DNA from: a virus
Taxonomy: Duplodnaviria > Caudoviricetes
IMG/VR virus record: IMGVR_UViG_3300025096_001538
Coordinates: 1-58,581 of that record
DNA: 58,581 bases
Reading direction: 5' to 3' (one strand)
Below, one piece after another: positions 48,122 through 55,621 of the stretch. The position numbers and the translations under genes were made by a program. The stretch's first letter is position 1, and each line of letters begins with the position of its first letter. The notes under the pieces are model-generated. The model was given only the letters and a program-made list of their open reading frames with translations. It searched no databases and was not told the DNA's origin.

Positions 48122-48486
48122 TATAATTTTCCAAATACAAATCCTATTACTAACCACAAATATTGGTTTTCATACCATTTAGGTTCAACTAATTTAACCA
48201 TCTTTTCGTTCATTTTCTCACGAGCATGTAATAAAACAATCTGTTTGTCTTTTGCGTTTAATAGTAAAGAATCAAGTTCTGTCTGATTCTCCAACTTTTT
48301 CATTAAACCTTCATAATCACTAATTACTAATTTCTGTGATGATATCAATGAATCGGCCTTTTCAATTTTACCTTCCCATTGAGCATCTCGTTGTTTAATC
48401 ATTTCCAACGCTTCTTCTTGTGTAAAAGTTTGTTGCCCAAATAGTGGGATGGATAATAATAATATCCATAGATATTTCATTTTCAT
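48121..48486 (-). CDS. Exported coiled-coil protein with C-terminal TM (possible lysis accessory)
   Basis: Signal-like MKYLWILLLSIPLFG, coiled coil, KWYENQYLWLVIGFVFG. Confidence 0.55.
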   Translation of the reverse strand: MKMKYLWILLLSIPLFGQQTFTQEEALEMIKQRDAQWEGKIEKADSLISSQKLVISDYEGLMKKLENQTELDSLLLNAKDKQIVLLHAREKMNEKMVKLVEPKWYENQYLWLVIGFVFGKL

Positions 48487-48490
48487 TCTA

Positions 48491-48775
48491 CTATCGTTGT
48501 TTTTGAAGTACATAGACTACACCAGTTCCACCAATAGTTACTTTACTTACACCAATTTCGTAAACTTGACCTGCGGTTAGTGCTGCGGCCGCTATAGGTC
48601 CACCTTGAATCGGTGTAAGTACAACATTACTTGCATTTTGAACAAGTACTGCTGCTCCGTATCCCATTGATCCAGTAAATGCTACTGTGGTGTTTGAGGC
48701 CACTTTAACTGCCCTGTTATATTTACCAGGCGTCGGTGTAGGTAAACTACGAAACATTGTTCCTGCATCTGCCAT
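48491..48775 (-). CDS. Small beta-rich hypothetical protein
   Basis: 94 aa, GGAG upstream; LTAGQVYEIGVSKV. Confidence 0.7.
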   Translation of the reverse strand: MADAGTMFRSLPTPTPGKYNRAVKVASNTTVAFTGSMGYGAAVLVQNASNVVLTPIQGGPIAAAALTAGQVYEIGVSKVTIGGTGVVYVLQKQR

Positions 48776-48796
48776 TTTTTATCTCCTTATATATAA

Positions 48797-49108
48797 TTAT
48801 TTACTCTTGGAAAACTTACGAAGAAACTCCTCTGCTGATTCTACATCATCACTTTCGTAGGCTGTTTCCATTTTGGCGACCTTTTTCTTATGAATGGTCA
48901 ACTTTCTTTTTTGATTTGTTATCTCTTTTTTATTTTCTGTTTTATTTTCTTGTAATTTTTCTATTCCCTTTTCTATCTCTTTTTCTTTCTTTTTATTTTC
49001 TTTTATAGCCTTTCCTAATTCTTTTACCTCTTTACTTTTGACCGCTCCTGCAGCAAAAAGTCCACCAACTAAACCAAAGAATCCTAATATGAGTTTCCAT
49101 ATTTTCAT
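48797..49108 (-). CDS. N-terminal TM plus coiled-coil protein (i-spanin-like topology)
   Basis: Hydrophobic N-terminus then Lys/Glu coiled coil. Confidence 0.55.
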   Translation of the reverse strand: MKIWKLILGFFGLVGGLFAAGAVKSKEVKELGKAIKENKKKEKEIEKGIEKLQENKTENKKEITNQKRKLTIHKKKVAKMETAYESDDVESAEEFLRKFSKSK

Positions 49109-49110
49109 TA

Positions 49111-49398
49111 TTACATCTCCATTATTTTTTTGTAAGTAGATTTACCCTCTAATTGTTTTGTTTTAGAAGGTTCGTCAAAATCACTATCATCAGGTTCTTG
49201 GTACTTTCCATACCCCTCACCATCTCGTGAAATCTTTTCTTGAACGGGTTTAGGTATTCTAAAATTTACAACCTTTCTTCCGTTTATTGTTGGCATTCCC
49301 CAATCATCTTTACCAATCTCTTTAACTTTAATTTTTTTATTCTTGAATCTACCACCTAAAATGGTATCTCCAATATTCACATCTATTGTAATGGCCAT
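49111..49398 (-). CDS. Hypothetical protein
   Basis: IGDTILGGRFKNKKIKVKEIGKDDWGMPTINGRK small beta domain. Confidence 0.7.
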   Translation of the reverse strand: MAITIDVNIGDTILGGRFKNKKIKVKEIGKDDWGMPTINGRKVVNFRIPKPVQEKISRDGEGYGKYQEPDDSDFDEPSKTKQLEGKSTYKKIMEM

Positions 49399-50078
49399 TA
49401 ATTAACTCCTTTTGGTAATAAGTCAACCAACTTTCCACCTTTCCATTCTCTACCTTTAACTTTACCCATTATTCTGTGGTCTTTCCACTTACCCCACAAT
49501 TTTTTATTATTCGCGAAAACTTTTTGTCCACTTGGATTCACTTGTCTATATCCACTATCGCTTCCCATTTTCTTTGAACCAGGTTCAGGCGTTGATGGGA
49601 TTCCACCACTTTTAGTTCCTTCAGGCGGTGTAGTAGGTTTAACTAATGTTTCTGAAGTAGAATAAAAATTTGCCGTTTCAGGTGGAATAGTATATTCTTG
49701 TTTTCTATGAAATCCGTGTATACCATAAACCCTTTGTTTAGGTGATAATGGTGGTGTATCATCTCTAAGTTCTTCTGCCTTAACTTCTGAATTACCATCG
49801 GGATCACTTAAATATTTATATAATTTACCTGCATCTCTTTTTGCCCGTCTTTCATTGTTCAAACTATCTGGTCCACCATAGATATTATCTGATGCTGGAA
49901 AATCAATTTGTTGCATTCCACGAGTTAAACTTGCAGGTCCTACATATCGTCTTTCACCTCGTTTGGTATATAAACCATCTGGCCATGCATCACCAATATC
50001 TGTCGTGCCAGTGCCTCCACCCCCAGAATATGAGCCCTCCTTAATGATTTCCCATAATCCCTGTTCAAATGTGTTCAC
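49398..50078 (-). CDS. Hypothetical Gly/Pro-rich protein
   Basis: GTG at 50078 overlaps the upstream TAG (TAGTG) with GGAG 6 nt before; EIIKE site near the N-terminus. Confidence 0.7.
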   Translation of the reverse strand: MNTFEQGLWEIIKEGSYSGGGGTGTTDIGDAWPDGLYTKRGERRYVGPASLTRGMQQIDFPASDNIYGGPDSLNNERRAKRDAGKLYKYLSDPDGNSEVKAEELRDDTPPLSPKQRVYGIHGFHRKQEYTIPPETANFYSTSETLVKPTTPPEGTKSGGIPSTPEPGSKKMGSDSGYRQVNPSGQKVFANNKKLWGKWKDHRIMGKVKGREWKGGKLVDLLPKGVN

Positions 50079-50803
50079 TATGCTCTCCAACTTATCATAA
50101 GGTTTTGTCCGTCAAGTTTTTCCGTTACATTATCTTCTCGGTGTAACTCTCCACCTAAACCTCTTTCTATGATATTCTTCAAATCTTTAAATGTTAAATC
50201 TTTATCATCAAAAGGATGTGCCATATGTCCGTATGCTCCACCCTCTGTAATTAATTCTCTAAGTTCATCACTCCACCAATCTTTTGTTAATGGATTATAT
50301 TTTTCAACATGAAGTCTTGGTCGTTTCTTATCACCATCAAAATTCTCATCAGAATCGGCCGATTTTGTTGATGCATCAGGACCAACTCCGGCTGCCATTG
50401 GTGGACCGGCTATTAATTGATCTTTATCAACTCCCATCCATTGTATTACCTTCCAACCTAAACTATCCATTACATTTCGTAAAGTCTTTTTATACTTTTT
50501 TACCTCTCCGTGAGATATTGGATTTGTTGCCCTGTAAGACATAGTATAATCTTCTTCTGGATCCATTGCTCCTTTACTTAATATATACTGGACTACTTTC
50601 CATCCTAATTCGTTCTGCATTGATTCAACCCATTTTTCCGTTTCTTGTTTATATTGGGTTAAAGTTCTGAAAAATGTTGGAGGTCCGTCATCAACTGGTG
50701 CATTTACACCCATAGTTCCTTCTTTTAAAATCTCTGTAATATCATTTTCAACTAAAAAATCTCCTATGACATCACCACTAAATTCTTTTAAATAATCTCT
50801 CAT
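50078..50803 (-). CDS. Modular protein ending in the N-terminal fragment of a ligase-like nucleotidyltransferase
   Basis: LITE-GGAYGHMAHPFD...TEKLDGQNLMISWRA-stop; KxDG is ligase motif I and lies 13 residues from the C-terminus. Confidence 0.65.
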   Translation of the reverse strand: MRDYLKEFSGDVIGDFLVENDITEILKEGTMGVNAPVDDGPPTFFRTLTQYKQETEKWVESMQNELGWKVVQYILSKGAMDPEEDYTMSYRATNPISHGEVKKYKKTLRNVMDSLGWKVIQWMGVDKDQLIAGPPMAAGVGPDASTKSADSDENFDGDKKRPRLHVEKYNPLTKDWWSDELRELITEGGAYGHMAHPFDDKDLTFKDLKNIIERGLGGELHREDNVTEKLDGQNLMISWRA

Positions 50804-51360
50804 CTTGTTTCAACTTTATTTTTATCCAACCACCATTGAACTTTATTAACAACTACATCAAAATTTCTGTGGCTTCTACTCAAATCAAATGAACTCCAAT
50901 AATCTTTTACCAAATAATATGCTGGTTCTACATCTTTTGAACCAGGTCTGATATTTCCTACAACTTGATTTGATTGCATATCTGAATCTACATGATATTT
51001 CAAATAATCATAATCAAATGGATTTGAATAATAATCATTTTCATAAATCCATTTTAAAATCGGGTCAAACTTTACGCCCTTTAAGAACCAATCAGCAGGT
51101 CCTCTAAATTTACTATGTCCCCAACCTTGTACATAAGCGTAATACTGATACATTATGTTAGTAGGATATCTTTTATTACCTGGCCTTCCCTTGTAATCTA
51201 ATTTATTAAACCCCTCTTTCATAACTTCCTTACAAAGTTTTTTTGTACCAGATGGTATCTTACTTTTTTTACCAGTTTCTTTTTGAGCCTGTTTAATAAT
51301 TTTCTCAAAATCTGATGTAGTTACTATTCGTTCTACAATAAGTTCTTTTAATTTAATCAT
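50800..51360 (-). CDS. Leader-bearing hypothetical protein (MIKLKELIVE)
   Basis: Shared leader; ATGA coupling. Confidence 0.75.
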   Translation of the reverse strand: MIKLKELIVERIVTTSDFEKIIKQAQKETGKKSKIPSGTKKLCKEVMKEGFNKLDYKGRPGNKRYPTNIMYQYYAYVQGWGHSKFRGPADWFLKGVKFDPILKWIYENDYYSNPFDYDYLKYHVDSDMQSNQVVGNIRPGSKDVEPAYYLVKDYWSSFDLSRSHRNFDVVVNKVQWWLDKNKVETR

Positions 51361-51617
51361 CTTTTTTCCAAGTCAAATGCTCTGGTCAACATAGCGCCGG
51401 CATGTTGAAGTTCAAGACGAGCTTTTTCATACTTCTTAAAGTATCTCATTAAAGTTCTATTCTTACTCTTTTTAATATCATCCTCAAGTTCATACCAAAG
51501 TCGTCCATCTCGTGATTTATGAATATAATCACTACCAACTTTTAGTAATTTTTGGTGATTCCATGAAATATCTGAAAGGTCTACCTTTTCTTCTAATATT
51601 TTTTTAAGTTTAATCAT
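51357..51617 (-). CDS. Leader-bearing hypothetical protein (MIKLKKILEE)
   Basis: Shared leader; TAATG coupling. Confidence 0.75.
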   Translation of the reverse strand: MIKLKKILEEKVDLSDISWNHQKLLKVGSDYIHKSRDGRLWYELEDDIKKSKNRTLMRYFKKYEKARLELQHAGAMLTRAFDLEKR

Positions 51618-51889
51618 TATCTTTTGTAATAATCTTCAAAACGTTTGTAAGCTGCCCGTTCATCAAATTTACCCTGACGTTTTACACCAATTTTTATTGC
51701 ATCTATAAATGCATGCTTCAAACCAGGAGAATTAAAATCTGACATCATTTTATTGATGTTATCGATTGACCTTCCAATTCCTGCAATGGCGTTTGTTAAT
51801 GGCTTCTTAAGCCGTTTAGCCTGTTTTTCATCTGCGGCGGCCACGCTATCTTCATCAGCCTCACTCATCATATCTTTTAATTTAATCAC
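51617..51889 (-). CDS. Leader-bearing hypothetical protein (MIKLKDMMSE)
   Basis: Shared leader; GTG start with GGAG; motif at 51919-51928 upstream. Confidence 0.75.
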   Translation of the reverse strand: MIKLKDMMSEADEDSVAAADEKQAKRLKKPLTNAIAGIGRSIDNINKMMSDFNSPGLKHAFIDAIKIGVKRQGKFDERAAYKRFEDYYKR

Positions 51890-51926
51890 TTATTATCTCC
51901 GATATATACTGATACACTTATAAATA

Positions 51927-52496
51927 TTAAACTTCTAAACTATTTAGTTTTTCTTCAACCTCTGTTTTCATCTTATTCAATTCTTCGAGAGCTTCTTTAG
52001 ACATAGTTTCAACTTGCTCTTTATTTTGACTCCACTTTTCTTTTTGTAATTCAACTTCTTTAATTCCAACAGAATCAAAAACTTCTACTGGCTTTGAAGC
52101 TTCTTCTTTCCAGTCCTCTATACTCCCAATTTGGTCTTTTATATAGGAAAGTTGATTGTTTAACACCTTTTTTTCTTCCCATTCCTCATATTTACCCTCA
52201 ATTCGAAGCTTATTTTCAAATTTTACTTGGCAATCAAAACAATGATTGTGTAATCTATACATTTTGTCATCTAATCGTCTTTTCATCACCTTTTTACACT
52301 CAGGACAAAACCAAGGAGTCTTTGCTTCCTTTAAAGCGTCCATTCGGTCATTTTTTCGTTCTCTTTCTGCCTTTATTTCTTCCTGTCGTTTCTTTTTTTC
52401 TTCTAAATCTTCCATATGTACAAAAATTCGTTTATCTGGTGTTTTACCACTTAAAATATCTTGTCTTGCCTTTACATGCCTTTGATGTTCATTCAT
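51927..52496 (-). CDS. Zinc-binding coiled-coil protein
   Basis: PWFCPECKKVM...HNHCFDC. Confidence 0.7.
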   Translation of the reverse strand: MNEHQRHVKARQDILSGKTPDKRIFVHMEDLEEKKKRQEEIKAERERKNDRMDALKEAKTPWFCPECKKVMKRRLDDKMYRLHNHCFDCQVKFENKLRIEGKYEEWEEKKVLNNQLSYIKDQIGSIEDWKEEASKPVEVFDSVGIKEVELQKEKWSQNKEQVETMSKEALEELNKMKTEVEEKLNSLEV

Positions 52497-52499
52497 AAA

Positions 52500-52763
52500 C
52501 TAACTCCTCTGTAACGAATCAAGTTTAAACTTAAATCTTAGTTCTTCAAGTTCTTGATCTCTTTTCATTAATTCTATTTCGGCCTGAATATTTTTAATTT
52601 GACCTTGTTTTTCTATTTCTTCTTCCAATGATGTTACTCTACTCTCCAATTTGTACCATCCACCACCTAATGCGCCCAACAATCCTATAATATTAACAAT
52701 AAACTTAATATTACTCATCTTTTTCATCTTAAAGATTTCTTGTATATCTTCGAAATCTTCCAT
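52500..52763 (-). CDS. Small TM plus coiled-coil protein
   Basis: FIVNIIGLLGALGGGWY then heptads. Confidence 0.6.
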   Translation of the reverse strand: MEDFEDIQEIFKMKKMSNIKFIVNIIGLLGALGGGWYKLESRVTSLEEEIEKQGQIKNIQAEIELMKRDQELEELRFKFKLDSLQRS

Positions 52764-55621
52764 TAGAATGTCATAAGTCCTGTTATTTGATTAATCGGTG
52801 CAAATGCTCCTGTAAATTTAAATGTTTTTCCATTATACTTGAAAACTATTCCTTCACTTGGAACTATTGCATCTAATCCACCTATCCTATTCAATTTATC
52901 CAACTGTAATTTTAATGTATTGAGTTTTTTCAAATCTCCACCACTTCTAACATTCTTAATTGCTGCATCTAATTGTTTTTTTACTCGTTGAACCGTAGAA
53001 TCTGGACTTGCTGCTAACCAACCACTTACATTTTTCATTATTTCTGAACCAACCTCAAAAAATAACTCCTCAAATGGTTTCATATTCTTTTTAACCATTT
53101 TTGCGTGGTCTGCTTTATCGGTAGATAATACCCAATCTAAAAATTTTGGATGGTCTTTTAAATCTTTTCTAATCATTGGTATTTTATATGACTTATCAAA
53201 GAATGCCCATCTCTTTGTAAGTTTTTCTAATATTTTATTGGGTATCTTTGGATAATCAGTTTGACTGGCCCCATTCATAATCCATTCTTGCCAAAACATT
53301 TGATGATACATCGAAAGAGTATCATTATCACCTAAACTATATTCCTTTTGTAATTTATTTAATTTACTTATAAAATACTTTTTCTTCTTATCAAAATCTT
53401 GATGTTTAGGTACGGTTAAAAAGTTTGGTTTTCCAATCTTATAATGTTTCTGTATATTTTTATTTACTTGTTTAATCATACCAGCTAACATTCTTGCACT
53501 ATCTTTGACCTCACCAATTGCATTTCCATCATCATCATATTCTAATGCCCCATGAAATACAATTTCGGCTTTGTCATAATTTATAACATTGGATGACTTA
53601 GGCCACATAACTTCAAGATTCATCCAAGCTTTACCATTCTTAAATATCTTATTTCGTTGTTTATCCGAAAGTGAACCAATGGCCCTTTCCAAATCTTTCA
53701 TAGCAAAACTAAATGCGTCCGCGATATCACCCCTACCTTTAAACTTAGAAATTATTCCACTTGTACTTAGTGCAGTTTTACCACCATCCTTTAAGTGTCC
53801 TTTGTTTCTGGCAGCTACTAATTTTCCACCAGTTGCTTCTGTAATCTTTTGTTCCTTCCAATTAAATAATTTCTTAAATTTATTATGCATCATTAAAAAG
53901 ACACCTTCATCCCAATAACCAAATGCATCTTTAAATAATTTTTTCCTTTCTTCATCCGAAAATTTCTGTGAACCAAGTAATTCTCTCATTACCGTTCCAC
54001 TAACTTCCTTTCCACCAACCTTAACTGATTGATGTGGGGCAGTCATAAAATATCCGTGTTCCTCATATCCCTTTAGATTATTCTTATTCTTTTTATAATC
54101 TTGGAAATATGATAAACCACCATCTTTCCTTTTACCACCTGCCAATCTTCCGGCATCCTTTTGTCCGAATATATATATCACGGCAGTGGTCTCGGAATCG
54201 TATTTTTTTAGCACATTATTTGCCACCAATGGAACTTTTTCCTTGATAATACGATTTTTAGGTACACCCATCTTGGTCATATGACGAAGCTTCTCTCTGT
54301 AATTCATAGGATGTTTAGGTGGTTTTTTGATATCTGATGTTGTGATGTAAGCGTCATCTACCCTTGACTTTAACCACTTGTAAGTCTTTAAGTGATGTGG
54401 GCCAAATGGTTGATATCTACCACCATAGATACCTATTACTTTTTTAATTTTTTTATTATCTTCTGATAACCACTCGTCAAAAACTTCCATAGCCTTTCTC
54501 ATACCACTTGTCTGTGATTTATGATGTTTCGCTCTATTATACATCGTTTCCACAATTTCTTTTTGTTCTGATTTAGACCTATTCGTAATTGACTTTATAG
54601 TTTTATTTGCAGTTCTAACTGAATCATAACCAATTCCCTTTATATGATCCAATTTAGTTCGTGGCCAATAATATTGTTCTCCTGCCTCGTTAAGTTGTTC
54701 TAATTCATGTTCTTTTAGAACTGGATTTACAAGTTCCCCTACAAGTGCACTATATTTAGGTTTTTTTGTAGTTGGAACGAATTGTTTATATTTTTTATCT
54801 GGAGTATGTTCATATTCTTTTACAATAAAACTAAGTTTAGACTTATAATCATTTGGAAGTGTATTTTCTATACCAAGAAACTTTACTGCTCCTGGAACAA
54901 GATAAAGTATCATTTCCCTTTTATTTAAGTTCATAATTAATTGACTTGAAGTCCAAAGTTTATTTTGTGCTCTAACTAAATCATACTTGGGTCCCTTATC
55001 TTGTATATGATTATAAAACGCAGGAAATAATTCTTTATAATGTGGTGTCTGGTGTACAACATTTAATGCATTCATCAATCTTAACTCTGAAGATAATTTA
55101 TCATTTCCTCTTTGATAACCTTGTTCAGTATGTTCTATTCCGTGATTAGTTCTTACTATTGGTTCTTTACTTAAATCTTTTATCTTTACTACAGGCTTAA
55201 CTCTACTTGTATTTTCTATCACTACGAGTTTTTTACCATCACCTACCAATGTATGACCTTTAATCCCACCATGATATGATACCAATGATTTTACAACATC
55301 GTGTAAAGTTGTCTTACGAAGTGCCTCTCTAATTCTTGCACCATCTTTGGACATCGCTTTCTTTTTCTTTGACTTATCAAAATCTTTCTCATCTCGTTTT
55401 ACGAATAATGCAGAGTTTACCAAACCGATTCCATGAGAATTCATTCCCTCTGACCAATCTGTATCTTGGTCTATTACATAGCATAACTCAACACCATAAC
55501 CAGTTAGTTCCCTAACTACTTTAAGATTCGGATTATAATTTCTATCTCGGTTTTTACCGATAACCATATCATTACCGAACATTGATGCCACTGCTATACA
55601 TTCTTCTATGTGTTTCTTCAT
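52763..55621 (-). CDS. Four-module polyprotein: Ntn-hydrolase-like, small helical domain, HIGH-type nucleotidyltransferase, C-terminal fragment of a ligase-like domain
   Basis: IEE-CIAV...GKNRDR...WSEGMNSHGIGLVNS...RTNH; QLNE-...TMYNRAKHH; WLSE-...IYGGRYQPFGPHH...SGTVMR; KITE-ATGGKLVAARNK...MNLEV...EGIVF...FKFTG. Confidence 0.7.
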   Translation of the reverse strand: MKKHIEECIAVASMFGNDMVIGKNRDRNYNPNLKVVRELTGYGVELCYVIDQDTDWSEGMNSHGIGLVNSALFVKRDEKDFDKSKKKKAMSKDGARIREALRKTTLHDVVKSLVSYHGGIKGHTLVGDGKKLVVIENTSRVKPVVKIKDLSKEPIVRTNHGIEHTEQGYQRGNDKLSSELRLMNALNVVHQTPHYKELFPAFYNHIQDKGPKYDLVRAQNKLWTSSQLIMNLNKREMILYLVPGAVKFLGIENTLPNDYKSKLSFIVKEYEHTPDKKYKQFVPTTKKPKYSALVGELVNPVLKEHELEQLNEAGEQYYWPRTKLDHIKGIGYDSVRTANKTIKSITNRSKSEQKEIVETMYNRAKHHKSQTSGMRKAMEVFDEWLSEDNKKIKKVIGIYGGRYQPFGPHHLKTYKWLKSRVDDAYITTSDIKKPPKHPMNYREKLRHMTKMGVPKNRIIKEKVPLVANNVLKKYDSETTAVIYIFGQKDAGRLAGGKRKDGGLSYFQDYKKNKNNLKGYEEHGYFMTAPHQSVKVGGKEVSGTVMRELLGSQKFSDEERKKLFKDAFGYWDEGVFLMMHNKFKKLFNWKEQKITEATGGKLVAARNKGHLKDGGKTALSTSGIISKFKGRGDIADAFSFAMKDLERAIGSLSDKQRNKIFKNGKAWMNLEVMWPKSSNVINYDKAEIVFHGALEYDDDGNAIGEVKDSARMLAGMIKQVNKNIQKHYKIGKPNFLTVPKHQDFDKKKKYFISKLNKLQKEYSLGDNDTLSMYHQMFWQEWIMNGASQTDYPKIPNKILEKLTKRWAFFDKSYKIPMIRKDLKDHPKFLDWVLSTDKADHAKMVKKNMKPFEELFFEVGSEIMKNVSGWLAASPDSTVQRVKKQLDAAIKNVRSGGDLKKLNTLKLQLDKLNRIGGLDAIVPSEGIVFKYNGKTFKFTGAFAPINQITGLMTF

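Noticed and set aside
49398-49460. WKGGKLV at the end of 49398 ORF as the missing continuation of the split ligase-like domain
   Set aside because: Only a few residues match and AARNK does not follow; probably chance.
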